The notes: generated by a model not told the origin, from the sequence alone. 64,000 bases of DNA from an uncultured candidate division WWE3 bacterium (GCA_963765125.1 CAVXUZ010000004.1:192792-256791); one strand, 5' to 3'; shown: positions 27,935 to 38,341, counted from the first letter of the stretch. Program-made: numbers and translations.

Positions 27935-29491
27935 GTGTTCTGCAACAAAACGCACGTAAAAATTGTTATTATAAATACTATGAAAAGTAGGTATTTAAGG
28001 CTATTTATCGGGTTTTTGCTAATTTTGCTCTTTTCTTTGTTTTTTCTGCAAAAAATCAACCTCACAACTGCTGATTTAGGTCGTCATATTACTAATGGGG
28101 AGGTATTTGTTAGGTTTGGTAAGGTAGTTTCGACTAATTATTACTCATACACAGAACCAGACTTTCCCGTTGTGACCCACCATTGGTTAAGTGGCGTTAT
28201 TTTTTATCTCGTAAAGTCTGCCGTTGGATTTAACGGTTTGTCATTATTTTATGGTTTTATATCTGGGCTGACTGTTTTTATCTTTTTTCTCATTTCAAAA
28301 AGAAGATCCAACTTTGTAATTGCATTATTTTTTACACTGTTGTTAATTCCTCTGATGGCAAATAGAAAAGAAATAAGACCAGAAGGATTTAGTTATTTGT
28401 TTTTAGGATTCTACGTATTACTTTACGATTTATATTATTCTAAAAACATTTCATTTAAAGTGTTGCTAATTGCGCTTGTTGTTTCTCAAATACTTTGGGT
28501 AAACCTTCACATATTTTTCATTATGGGAATATTTATTTCAGGTGTGTTTCTTTTTGTGGAAATTCTAAAAGGTAAAAAGAATTCAATAAAAAATCATTTA
28601 ATAATATTACTATCGCTAATTATCGCCAGTTTAGTAAACCCCTATGGATTTGCAGGTTTGATTGAGCCACTAAATATATTTAAAGAATACGAGTACATGA
28701 TTATTGAAAATCAATCCATTTTCTTTATGCAAAAAAGAATTCCACAGTTTATGTATTTTGCTGTAGAGCTTGTATCAGTAATCTTTGTTGGTGTTGCTGC
28801 ACATCTGGCAACTGATAAACGAAGGTTCTCATACCTTGGTTTAATCATCATAAGTTTTGTATTTATGGTTTTATCGTTCAGAGCAATTAGAGGAATACCC
28901 ATGTTTGCCATGTTTTTAGCACCCGTATTGTCATTGTACGTATTTGAAAAATTACCAACCCTAAAAAATAAACTTACGATTCCATTGATGATAGTTTCAG
29001 CTCTCATGCTTATACCAAATTCAACATTTTCTTTTATGAGAACAGGATTTGGAACGGGGATTATTGACGGTGTAAATAGGTCAGCCGACTTTGTCAAAGA
29101 TAACAATATTGTAGGACCTGTGTTTAACAATTACGATATCGGAGGATTCATGATTTATAATTTTTTTGAGAAACTGCCAGTGTTTGTAGATAATAGGCCT
29201 GAAGCATATAGCGCCGAGTTTTTTAAAAATGTTTATGGACCTGCGCAAGCTGATAATAACTATTGGAATGAACTCGACGCAAAATATAATTTTAATTTAA
29301 TTTATTTTTACAGGCACGATGCAACGCAGTATGCTCAACCATTTTTAATAGAAAGAATAAAAGACGATAACTGGATTCCTGTATACGTAGATAATTACGT
29401 GCTGATTTTAATAAAGAATAACGAGGCAAACAGAGAGCTTATTGAAAAATATAAACTTCCAAAAGAAATGTTTGTTATAACTAAAGTATGA
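27935..29491 (+). CDS. polytopic membrane protein, GT-C-fold glycosyltransferase-like (PMT/ArnT-like) candidate
   Basis: 518 aa with about 11 N-terminal TM helices and a C-terminal soluble domain. Lies upstream of the ManC-like gene (4-nt overlap). Confidence 0.4.
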   Translation: MFCNKTHVKIVIINTMKSRYLRLFIGFLLILLFSLFFLQKINLTTADLGRHITNGEVFVRFGKVVSTNYYSYTEPDFPVVTHHWLSGVIFYLVKSAVGFNGLSLFYGFISGLTVFIFFLISKRRSNFVIALFFTLLLIPLMANRKEIRPEGFSYLFLGFYVLLYDLYYSKNISFKVLLIALVVSQILWVNLHIFFIMGIFISGVFLFVEILKGKKNSIKNHLIILLSLIIASLVNPYGFAGLIEPLNIFKEYEYMIIENQSIFFMQKRIPQFMYFAVELVSVIFVGVAAHLATDKRRFSYLGLIIISFVFMVLSFRAIRGIPMFAMFLAPVLSLYVFEKLPTLKNKLTIPLMIVSALMLIPNSTFSFMRTGFGTGIIDGVNRSADFVKDNNIVGPVFNNYDIGGFMIYNFFEKLPVFVDNRPEAYSAEFFKNVYGPAQADNNYWNELDAKYNFNLIYFYRHDATQYAQPFLIERIKDDNWIPVYVDNYVLILIKNNEANRELIEKYKLPKEMFVITKV

Positions 29492-30552
29492 ACATACTGG
29501 TATCAGCGGGAGGTCAGGGCACAAAAATCTGGCCTTTTAGCAGAAAATCAAGCCCAAAACAATTTCAAAAAATAATTGGAGAAGATTCTTCTTTTTCTCA
29601 CAATATAAAAATGCTTCTCACAAAATATAAACCCGAGAATATATTTATATCGACAAAGAAAATGTATAAAGAAATTGTGAGTGAGCAGGCTCGAAGCATT
29701 CCTACAAAAAATATTATATTAGAGCCCGACAGTGCCCAAGGACGCGGGCCGGGAGAAGGTTTTGCATTCTTATACCTGTCTATTCACGCGCCTAACGAAC
29801 CGTTTTCTATATTACAGTCAGATTGTATATACATAACTCCAGAGAACTACCTGAATATGTTAGAAGATCTAGATAATTTGGTTAAAAAAGAAAATAAATT
29901 TATTTCGGGTGGGCAAGTGCCGGCGTTTCCTGTTCTAGGAGTAGATTACCTTGAATTAGGCGAGAGTGTTAATAACCATAGCAATATATTTAAAGTAAAA
30001 AACTTTTTGGGTCGAAAAGAAGATTACAAAGAGACAGAAAAACTAATTAGCGAAAATAAAGTTGTAATACATATGAACATCAACACCTGGTACCCGGAGT
30101 TAATGTTAGAGGCTTACAAAAAATATAAACTCGCATGGTACGACTCACTGATGAAAATTAAAGAAGTTATTGATGATGCACAAGCAGTTGAGGAGATATT
30201 TAATAAAATGGAAAAAGGTTCTACCGAAGAAGTAACACAAAATATATTTAAAGATGGATATATTGTCATACCGTCGTTTAAATGGATAGATTTGGGAACA
30301 TGGGACTCAATATATAGACATTTTTCTCAAGAAGGAGATTTATATACAGAAGGAAACGTAGTCGCCTTAGACTCGTCGGGCTCATTAATAAAAAGTTTAA
30401 ATCCAAAAAAACTAATTGCAGTGCTGGGGTTGAAGAATATGGTAGTGGTAGATACTGACGATATCTTATTCATATCGCCAAGAGACAAAGTGAATAATAT
30501 TAAAAAAGTTCAAGAAAAATTGAAAAATAGTGGACTAGAAGAGTATTTATAA
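29488..30552 (+). CDS. mannose-1-phosphate guanylyltransferase-like nucleotidyltransferase (ManC/CpsB family)
   Basis: N-terminal SAGGQGTKIWPFSRKSSPKQF matches GGxGxRLWPLSRxxxPKQF; NIILEP as in ManC. Confidence 0.6.
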   Translation: MNILVSAGGQGTKIWPFSRKSSPKQFQKIIGEDSSFSHNIKMLLTKYKPENIFISTKKMYKEIVSEQARSIPTKNIILEPDSAQGRGPGEGFAFLYLSIHAPNEPFSILQSDCIYITPENYLNMLEDLDNLVKKENKFISGGQVPAFPVLGVDYLELGESVNNHSNIFKVKNFLGRKEDYKETEKLISENKVVIHMNINTWYPELMLEAYKKYKLAWYDSLMKIKEVIDDAQAVEEIFNKMEKGSTEEVTQNIFKDGYIVIPSFKWIDLGTWDSIYRHFSQEGDLYTEGNVVALDSSGSLIKSLNPKKLIAVLGLKNMVVVDTDDILFISPRDKVNNIKKVQEKLKNSGLEEYL

Positions 30553-30573
30553 TAATATAGAAAGGAAAAATTT

Positions 30574-30870
30574 ATGAAAGATTTTATAAAATTTATTAGG
30601 GAGCAGGGAGTAGCAGGACTCGCAATCGGCTTTATTTTAGGGGGAGCAATATCTTCTCTCGTCTCTTCGCTAGTAAACGACTTGATAAATCCGTTGTTAG
30701 GACTGGCACTAGGTGCAATCGACGGCCTCTCGTCTGCAGTTTTAAAAATAGGAACAGCAGAAATAAGATACGGTCACTTTATTGGTGCATTAATAGACTT
30801 TATAGTTATAGCGTTGGTAGTTTACTTCATATTTAGTAAACTTGCAGAGAAGTTAGACAAGAAAAAATAA
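30574..30870 (+). CDS. mscL: large-conductance mechanosensitive channel MscL
   Basis: 98 aa. FIREQGVAGLAIGFILGGAISSLVSSLVNDLINPLLG...IDFIVIALVVYFIFSKL...KKK follows the E. coli MscL pattern. Confidence 0.85.
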   Translation: MKDFIKFIREQGVAGLAIGFILGGAISSLVSSLVNDLINPLLGLALGAIDGLSSAVLKIGTAEIRYGHFIGALIDFIVIALVVYFIFSKLAEKLDKKK

Positions 30871-30921
30871 TTGGTTTGGTGAAGAGCGCGGTGTGATAGA
30901 ATTCTCAATTGAATAGTGCGT

Positions 30922-31011
30922 GGAGGGATGCGGGAGCGGTTTATCCGGCTCGCTTGGAAAGCGACGCGTCTCGAAAGGGACACGGGGGTTCGAATCCCCC
31001 TCCCTCCGCCA
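30922..31011 (+). tRNA. tRNA-Ser (anticodon GGA), type II, CCA encoded
   Basis: Acceptor GGAGGGA/TCCCTCC, anticodon loop TTGGAAA, variable arm GCGTCTCGAAAGGGACAC, T-arm GGGGG-TTCGAAT-CCCCC. Confidence 0.85.
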
Positions 31012-31086
31012 GTGGAAAAGCGAAAAGTGTAGTTTATACTTTTCGCTTTTTCATTTGTGTGAAGGGGATTCGAATAGCGGACTGAG
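31012..31086 (+). repeat. tRNA-Ser(GGA)-associated 3'-end-duplicating element (composite)
   Basis: Shared 49-nt terminator block, antisense T-loop GGATTCG (31066-31072), core GGGGTCGACGGGCGCATCAGCAGATGCGAACCGGTGACC and CGAATCC (31140-31146). Then a 25-nt insert containing TAGCGAACGAAGTG, followed by an exact 15-nt copy (31072-31086) of the tRNA 3' end CCCCTCCCTCCGCCA. Confidence 0.45.
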
Positions 31087-31208
31087 CGAAGCGAAGGAGC
31101 TGGGGTCGACGGGCGCATCAGCAGATGCGAACCGGTGACCGAATCCTGCACAAAACTTAGCGAACGAAGTGCCCCTCCCTCCGCCATAACCAAGCGTATA
31201 ATTAAAAA

Positions 31209-31715
31209 ATGTCGTATTCCCTTTGGTTAGTTCCTAACGAAGAAGAGGTAAAAAAGTACTTAGCTCAGATAGTCAAAGAACTCGCAGATAATTATGGTGG
31301 CCCAGTTTTTGAACCTCACGCAACTTTGTTAGGAGATTTGCCGTTGAGTTTAGATGAAGTAATTAAAGGATGTGAGTACTTTGTGTCGAAAACCAATTCC
31401 TTTAAAGCTGAGATCAGCTCAGTTGAATATTCTACGACTTATTACCAATGTATTTTTGTGCGTTTGAAGCCTACTCCAGAGTTGATGAATCTATACGATC
31501 TGGCTAAACAAAGTTTTGGCTTGACTAAGCCATCTATATTTATGCCGCATGTCAGTCTTTTTTATGGTGACATCCCTTACCACCAGCGACAAAAGATTGT
31601 CGACTCTATTCAACTTTTACCACAGCAGTTTACCGTAGCGTCCGTTATTGTTGTTCCAGGAGGAGAAAATCCACCTTCTGAGTGGAAACATTTAACTGAA
31701 TTTAAGTTTTTGTAG
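31209..31715 (+). CDS. 2H phosphoesterase superfamily protein (LigT/cyclic phosphodiesterase-like)
   Basis: 168 aa with two H-x-T/S-x motifs, PHATLLG and PHVSLFY. Confidence 0.55.
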   Translation: MSYSLWLVPNEEEVKKYLAQIVKELADNYGGPVFEPHATLLGDLPLSLDEVIKGCEYFVSKTNSFKAEISSVEYSTTYYQCIFVRLKPTPELMNLYDLAKQSFGLTKPSIFMPHVSLFYGDIPYHQRQKIVDSIQLLPQQFTVASVIVVPGGENPPSEWKHLTEFKFL

Positions 31716-31849
31716 AAAAAGTTCCAAGTATTTTCTTCCCTCCGCCACGAACAGCTCTGCTAACTGCCTCAACCGTCAATCACCACCACTCTATAATTAC
31801 TAGAGCGTTGTTGCTGTAAATTAATCACTTTTCTGATATAAATTAGTAT

Positions 31850-32053
31850 ATGCAGTTATTTACCCCTTCTCAGATAAAGAGATTTTCAAATATTTTTGAT
31901 AATGCGGGGCAAGTATCTCTAGGCTCGTTAGCAATAAATCCAATAATAAATCCATCAGACTTGCGTATGTTAACCCCTGTTATACTGTCAGGTATAAGTT
32001 TGACGTTTTTTCTTTGGTGGGTATCATTGAGATTAGAGAGGATTTCTTCATGA
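31850..32053 (+). CDS. hypothetical small membrane protein
   Basis: 67 aa; weak coding signal. Confidence 0.25.
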   Translation: MQLFTPSQIKRFSNIFDNAGQVSLGSLAINPIINPSDLRMLTPVILSGISLTFFLWWVSLRLERISS

Positions 32054-32266
32054 ATACATTAGCGGTTGTTTATCTTACATTTGCAGTAATTGCTGTCGGT
32101 GTTGCCATAATAATATTTTTGGATAATAGACCGCCTAAAAAAGACTAGCCGCGTTGGCAATAAAGTTCCAAGTGCACTGTACGCACCCCGTTAGACAGAA
32201 TTATAATATAAACAGAAAAAAATAAAGGTAGAGGTGAGTTTTATGCTCAGGTCTGCCTTCGCTGTA

Positions 32267-32512
32267 CTACACTTGTAATTGGATAAAACACCAGCAGCGG
32301 ATCTCAACTCCATTTTCGGTTTTTCCGTCAAGCTGCCGAATTTGGTAACCAGGTTTTCCCACCTGATCATCAAGAAGGACTTCCAACTCTTCCTTACTGA
32401 CGCGATACATGTAAGGTTGAAGTCTTTCTCCTTTGTGCAATTGAAATTCACCATCCCCTGTTTCTGGCTCCCAGGTTGTTCCATCTTGGTCCATTGGCAT
32501 CGAAAACGTCAT
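32267..32512 (-). CDS. hypothetical small protein in a locally GC-richer segment
   Basis: 81-aa ORF. An alternative overlapping 97-aa frame also exists, and neither is convincing. Confidence 0.25.
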   Translation of the reverse strand: MTFSMPMDQDGTTWEPETGDGEFQLHKGERLQPYMYRVSKEELEVLLDDQVGKPGYQIRQLDGKTENGVEIRCWCFIQLQV

Positions 32513-32619
32513 TTTAACCTCCTCCTGATTGTTGAGTATCAGCGTAGATCTTTTTAGTCAAACGCACACAAATAACCAAACATTTCCCAAACACCCAAAA
32601 TTATGCTATACAATCATTA

Positions 32620-34382
32620 ATGGATACAGTTTCCCAGATTAAACAAAAACTTGATATTACAGACGTTGTTGGGGCTTATATCTCGCTGAAAAAGGCAGGT
32701 AAGAACTATAAAGCACCGTGTCCATTTCACTCAGAAGATACCCCTTCTTTTATGGTTTCTACTGAACTACAGATTTATAAATGTTTTGGCTGTGGCGAAG
32801 GTGGGGATATGTTCAACTTTGTCGAAAAGATCGAGGGTGTTGAGTTTGGTCGCGCTCTTGAGATTCTTGCTGACAAGGCTGGTGTTGAGATTGAACAGCA
32901 AAATTATGATCCCAATTCAAAAAAGAAAAGTAAGATTTTTGAGATTAATCAGCTGACGATGGAGTTTTACCACCATCTGCTGGTTAAGCACCCGATAGGT
33001 AAGCAGGGTCTTGAGTATTTGACAAAAAAAAGAAAATTAAATCTAGATGTAATTAATGCTTTTAAACTTGGTTACGCACCAGATAAGTGGGATGCGCTTT
33101 ATCACTTTCTAACTAAAAAAGGATTTGCAGAAGAAGACTTAGATCTTGCAGGTGTTGTTATACCCAAAAGAGCTGAAAAAGGTTTTATTGATAAGTTTCG
33201 CGGAAGAATTTTATTTCCACTTATAGATATTTCTGGCAAAGTAGTTGGTTTTACAGGGCGTGATTTAGTTGGTCGCGATCCTAAAGTATTTAAATACTCA
33301 AGAAACGCTAGTTTATAACAAGGGCGTGTTTTTGTATGGTTTGGATAAGGCTAAGGTCGATATAAAAAAGAAAGGCGCTGTATTTGTAGAAGGTCAGGTT
33401 GATGTTTTAACTGCGTACCAGAGTGGAATAACAAATGTGGTTGCTTCTTCGGGTACTGCACTTACCGCAGCTCAGCTTAGGATTATTTCGAGATATACGA
33501 AGGAAATTATTTTCTGTTTCGACTCAGACGAAGCGGGTATGGCTGCGACTTCTCGCGCCCTTGACCTCACCAACCAATTTGATCTAGAAGTGAAGGTTTT
33601 AGTATTGCCAGATAAATATAAAGATTTAGACGAATATCTAATTGCTGCACCAAGTGATGCAAAAGGTGCTTTAAGTAACCCAATTCCTGTTTATGATTTC
33701 TTTATGGTGCGTGCGCTACGAAAGTTTAGTAAAGACACAGCTTATGGAAAAAAGAGAATTGTTGAGATGTTGGCGCCCATTTTTTCAAAAATCAGCAATA
33801 ACGTTGTAAAAGATCACTATACTAAAGAGTTGGCAGAAAAGATTGGTGTGAGCGAAGACGCAATCAGAGACGCGTTTGTACCAGGTGCGGTTCGCGAGTC
33901 ACGCAGTAAACCAGAGGAGACATGAGGCAACTTACGAAAAAGAGGTTAAAAAGAGCACAGAGGAGTATCTTTTATCGCTACTTTTAAAATCAGACCTTGA
34001 CACTATAGGGTTGTATGTGTATAAATTGGGGGCACATAATTTCGTTTCTGACCGAAACAGGCAGATTTTCGCAACACTAAAGAAATATATCGATAGTAAG
34101 CCCGACAAATTTGATATAAAATATTTTACGGGCACTTTAGATGGTGATTACGGCGAAAGTGCCACAGAAATGTATCTTTGGGATTTTGGTGAAACCTCAT
34201 CAAGCCCGGCGTTACTTGCCAAAGAAATAGAAGCAACTATCTCTCGTCTCAAGATGGAGACAACTAAAAGAGAGTTGAAAAACCTTACAGAGCAACTAAA
34301 GCTGGCCGAAATGGAGAAAGACACTAAGAAAGTCAAAGAACTGACCGAGGAATTCAAGCACCTGTCGGAAAAGCTTGTGTAA
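32620..34382 (+). CDS. dnaG: DNA primase DnaG, interrupted by two frameshifts (three ORF pieces: 32620-33318, 33269-33925, 33876-34382)
   Basis: Piece 1 is the zinc-ribbon ([11 protein letters not shown]...CFGCGEGGD) and N-terminal core. Piece 2 is the TOPRIM domain ([10 protein letters not shown]...CFDSDEAG). Piece 3 is the C-terminal helicase-binding domain ([12 protein letters not shown]). Junction 1 fits a single extra A in cctaaagtattta (expected [16 protein letters not shown]). Junction 2 lies between 33851 and 33925. Confidence 0.8.
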
Positions 34383-34392
34383 TTATTCAATT

Positions 34393-35526
34393 ATGCCAAA
34401 AAAAATAAAACCCATAAAAAAAGAAGAGGCAAAAGAAGAAATAGCAAACTCTAACATTGACCTCAAAGAAAAGAATCTTAAGAAACTTGTAACTTTAGGT
34501 AAGAAGCAGGGTTATTTAACGTTAACCCAAATTTTAGATTTATTTCCAAACGCAGAAGATGATATTGAGACTTTAGACTTTTTGTACGAGAGATTGCTCG
34601 AAGCAAAAGTTGATGTATTTGATGTCGAATCAGAAAAAGAAGCTGAAAAAATTGCAGAGGTTGAAGAACTCGATCTTTCAAAAACAAAACTAGATAGATC
34701 AGTTTCATCCGACCCTGTAAGAATGTATTTAAGAGAAATTGGAAAAGTAGACCTTTTAAATGCAGAAGAAGAGGTTACCTTAGCAAAACGTGCAGAGAAA
34801 AATGATCGAGAAGCAGCAGACATGCTCGCAAAAGCTAATTTAAGGTTAGTTGTTTCAATTGCCAAAAAATACATGGGACGTGGTTTACACTTTCTCGACC
34901 TTATACAAGAGGGAAATATTGGTTTGATGCGCGCAGTCGAAAAGTTTGACTGGAGAAGAGGATTTAAGTTTTCAACGTACGCAACTTGGTGGATACGACA
35001 GGCTATAACGCGTGCAATCGCTGATCAGGCAAAAACAATCAGAATTCCGGTACATATGGTTGAAACTATAAATAAGTATAAAAAGATTGAGCGTGAGTTA
35101 GAGCAAAAATTGCAAAGACCTCCTAGCCCAGAAGAAGTTGCAAAAGTGATGGGAATCGATTACGTAAAAGCCCACGAAATAGAAAGAATCTCTCAAGATA
35201 CAACATCTCTCGAAACTCCAGTTGGAAAAGAAGAGGACACACGTTTAAAGGAATTTATTAAAGACGAAGTAACAGTGTCTCCTTTTGATTCAGCAAGCCA
35301 AGAGTTATTGAAAGGCCACATCGAAGACGTTTTAGAAACACTAAACCCAAGAGAAAAAAGAGTGTTAGCGTTGCGCTTTGGTTTAAAAGACGGAAGAACA
35401 AGAACACTAGAAGAGGTTGGAAAAGAGTTTGGTGTTACAAGAGAACGTATTAGACAGATCGAAGCAAAGGCGTTGAGAAAACTAAGACACCCATCTAGAA
35501 GTAAGAGACTCAGAGATTACTTATAG
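34393..35526 (+). CDS. rpoD: RNA polymerase sigma factor RpoD (sigma-70)
   Basis: Region 1.2 ([11 protein letters not shown]), region 2 ([37 protein letters not shown]), region 3 and region 4 ([28 protein letters not shown]). The ATG at 34393 is preferred over the TTG at 34375. Classic dnaG-rpoD linkage. Confidence 0.9.
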   Translation: MPKKIKPIKKEEAKEEIANSNIDLKEKNLKKLVTLGKKQGYLTLTQILDLFPNAEDDIETLDFLYERLLEAKVDVFDVESEKEAEKIAEVEELDLSKTKLDRSVSSDPVRMYLREIGKVDLLNAEEEVTLAKRAEKNDREAADMLAKANLRLVVSIAKKYMGRGLHFLDLIQEGNIGLMRAVEKFDWRRGFKFSTYATWWIRQAITRAIADQAKTIRIPVHMVETINKYKKIERELEQKLQRPPSPEEVAKVMGIDYVKAHEIERISQDTTSLETPVGKEEDTRLKEFIKDEVTVSPFDSASQELLKGHIEDVLETLNPREKRVLALRFGLKDGRTRTLEEVGKEFGVTRERIRQIEAKALRKLRHPSRSKRLRDYL

Positions 35527-37067
35527 GAACGAAGGTTTTTGTAAATAAAAACGTCTGACAAGGGAATCAAATTTGGTTTTGGTAGTGTAAATTCACGTAC
35601 CAATTGAAATTTATTCTGGTCCTGAACTTCGCTTTCGAATTTATTCCACTTTTCATAATAAAAAGGGTATTTAGCCATAACTGCGGGGTTTTTATGGTTT
35701 TGCATTGGGCGTGAGGAAAGCACCACGTAGTCATATTTATCAGGATTATCAGGAAAGTAGAAAGCAGCACCCTCGTCGGTATATACCGAGATTTTTTTTG
35801 CTGTTACTCCAGGTAACTTGCTCATTGGGTCTAAGCCCTCTTCTGTGTAAACTAACACACTAACATTTTCAGTTACGAACTCTTTCATCCACAAATAAGC
35901 TTCAGCTTTAGGTGTATATCTTTTAAATTGGCTAAGCAGGAGTGCTGTATTTTGAAAATATAAAACTACAGTCACAATCACCGCTAAATAGTAAAATGCT
36001 TTTTTAGAAAACATATTTTGTATTTGCGATAATCCGTATGAAAAATAAATTAATAATATAGGTATGATTGGTAACATCCACCTATCTACTCTGCGCGATT
36101 GTATTGAGAAAAACAGTAAATATATTAGGACAGTACCTATTAGGAAAATATGAAACTCCTTGTTTGCAAGTGGTTTTTTTAATATTGTCGTGAATTTTCC
36201 AATAAGTGCAAAAAGAATACCAAGAGGTGTAATGATCGCTGAAATTGCAACTATGTATTTAAATGGTGAATAGTCTACTGAATCAAAAACCATTCCTCCT
36301 TCTTTGGTAAACATTTCTAAAATTCGGTATGCAAATAGTTCTTTTAAAATCACCGAAAAAGGATTTGATAGTATAAAAATGCCTATTGTTGTAAAGAAAA
36401 ACGCAAGTATACCCTTTAGATCTTTTTTCACCAAAAACAGATAGACAAAAAATGGAACCGCAATAAGCGTAGTTATCTTTGTTCCTACAGCAAGACCAAA
36501 TAGCAAACCAGATAAAACAGTAAACATTGTATCACTTTCTTTTTGATAATATTTCCACATTGTTATATAGCAACCTATTAGTAAGATTGTTTGCAAAATA
36601 TCAGCGTTTATATAATGGGCGTGAACAATGAGCTTCCAATTTATTGCTAAGAGAAATGCTGATAATAAAGTTGCATGATCATTTTTAAATAGTTTGTGTG
36701 TGAGAAACGCAACCCCGCCAATCATCAACAAAGATAACAAAGCATTAAATGATCTCAAAAATATATAAATCGAGGTCTTATCAAAATCAATATTAAGTAA
36801 ATTCATTGTTTTGCTAAATGCCATCGTTGCAAAAGTATTAAGGTATGCAGGAAAAGTGCCATAAACAAAAGACACAGGTATTAATTTTTCGTATTCACCG
36901 CGTTGAAAAATGCTTTTAAACTCATAAGTATATTTAATCGCAAGTTCTGCAATTTCAGGTTCATCTGCGTAAAAGCTGTGGGGTAGGCCAAATTCAATGT
37001 GATAGAGCCTAAAAAATGAGCCGATTAGCATAGTGAGAATTATTGGTATGATGATTTTTTTGTTCAT
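35517..37067 (-). CDS. polytopic membrane glycosyltransferase-like protein (GT-C fold, PMT_2/ArnT-like)
   Basis: 516 aa with about 12 TM helices and a C-terminal soluble domain. Overlaps pgi by 4 nt. Confidence 0.45.
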   Translation of the reverse strand: MNKKIIIPIILTMLIGSFFRLYHIEFGLPHSFYADEPEIAELAIKYTYEFKSIFQRGEYEKLIPVSFVYGTFPAYLNTFATMAFSKTMNLLNIDFDKTSIYIFLRSFNALLSLLMIGGVAFLTHKLFKNDHATLLSAFLLAINWKLIVHAHYINADILQTILLIGCYITMWKYYQKESDTMFTVLSGLLFGLAVGTKITTLIAVPFFVYLFLVKKDLKGILAFFFTTIGIFILSNPFSVILKELFAYRILEMFTKEGGMVFDSVDYSPFKYIVAISAIITPLGILFALIGKFTTILKKPLANKEFHIFLIGTVLIYLLFFSIQSRRVDRWMLPIIPILLIYFSYGLSQIQNMFSKKAFYYLAVIVTVVLYFQNTALLLSQFKRYTPKAEAYLWMKEFVTENVSVLVYTEEGLDPMSKLPGVTAKKISVYTDEGAAFYFPDNPDKYDYVVLSSRPMQNHKNPAVMAKYPFYYEKWNKFESEVQDQNKFQLVREFTLPKPNLIPLSDVFIYKNLRSYK

Positions 37068-38341
37068 TTCTTTTGCAGAAGTTTTCTTGTTTCTTCTTTG
37101 TAGCTTTCAACATTTGGTTGATCAAATGCATTAACTCCCATAAGTTGGCCGAGAAACATTATTTCTATCATTTTTAATTGCATGAACTGGCCTAATGATT
37201 TTAGTGAAATATCATCTAACACCATTTCCATAAATGGAAGGCCGTTTTTTGTATACGCGATTTTTACGCCCTCAAGTATCGCGCGCATAATTTCTACTGC
37301 CGAATTGTTTTCAGCCTCAACAAGAATTTCAAGCAGCGCATCTTTTGGAATGCTAATATCACTTTTTGATATATCACTAGATATAAATGTGAAAAACTTA
37401 TCTTTTATCCCACCAAGATATAGTTGTCCCATTGAATGCAGATCCGTAGATCCAATCGAAACGGTTGGTGTAATTCCCTTACCGTTTTTACCAATGCTTT
37501 CTCCCATCAATTGTCTATACCACTTTCCTAAAGATTCCAGTTCAGGATTAAAAAAGAAGCTATCGTTAATTAATTTACCTTTTGTATAGTTTGAAAAGAG
37601 CAAGATCGCTGAAAGAGCGGCTGGATTCTTGAAGATGTTCTTATTAAGACACACACTTCTTGCTTCCATGGCGCCTTGCAGCAGCTGTGGTATATCAATG
37701 CCTAAACACGCCAAAGGAAAAATACCCACACTTGAAAATACTGAAAACCTACCACCAACCTTATTTGGAATTGGCAATAAATCGAGATTCATATTTTTTG
37801 CAGTCTTCCAAAGATCTGAATTGTATTCTGTTGTAATTACAGTTCTATTTTTTGTATAAGGTACACTCCCCATCACGATTTCTAAATTTTCTACTGTTTC
37901 AGTAGTTTTGCCTGATTTGCTGATGGCATTAACCAAAACCTCTTCGTGATCGTTAACATTGTTTTTTAGAAATTTAGCAAGTTTAGTGAGGAAGGCCGGG
38001 TCGTTAGTGTCTACAAAAATCATTTTAGGGTATCTAGTTGGCTCGATTAAATCATAGTGACCGTAAAGAGCGTCGTAAATTGCTTTAGTTCCAAGATTTG
38101 ACCCGCCGATACCAATATCGATAATGTATTTGAGATTACCTTTAGTGTATTTTGCTTTGAGCTTATATATTTTCTCTAAAATCTTTTCATCGAAAGGGAG
38201 GTTAATAGAGCTTTCTTCATACATGTAGTTGTCTGCCTCGGCAATTTTTGTAAGTCTGTCAATGTATTGTTGTAAAAATGCCGCGTGGTTGCTAATTTCA
38301 TCCTTATTCACCTGGGCAGTTTGCTCGTATTTAAAAAGCAT
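37064..38341 (-). CDS. pgi: glucose-6-phosphate isomerase
   Basis: DIGIGGSNLG and GGRFSVFSSVG signatures; 425 aa. Confidence 0.85.
   Translation of the reverse strand: MLFKYEQTAQVNKDEISNHAAFLQQYIDRLTKIAEADNYMYEESSINLPFDEKILEKIYKLKAKYTKGNLKYIIDIGIGGSNLGTKAIYDALYGHYDLIEPTRYPKMIFVDTNDPAFLTKLAKFLKNNVNDHEEVLVNAISKSGKTTETVENLEIVMGSVPYTKNRTVITTEYNSDLWKTAKNMNLDLLPIPNKVGGRFSVFSSVGIFPLACLGIDIPQLLQGAMEARSVCLNKNIFKNPAALSAILLFSNYTKGKLINDSFFFNPELESLGKWYRQLMGESIGKNGKGITPTVSIGSTDLHSMGQLYLGGIKDKFFTFISSDISKSDISIPKDALLEILVEAENNSAVEIMRAILEGVKIAYTKNGLPFMEMVLDDISLKSLGQFMQLKMIEIMFLGQLMGVNAFDQPNVESYKEETRKLLQKK

Noticed and set aside
32267-32520. Locally GC-richer segment as a horizontally acquired islet
   Set aside because: It is only about 250 nt with two competing weak ORFs, too short to call a compositional island.
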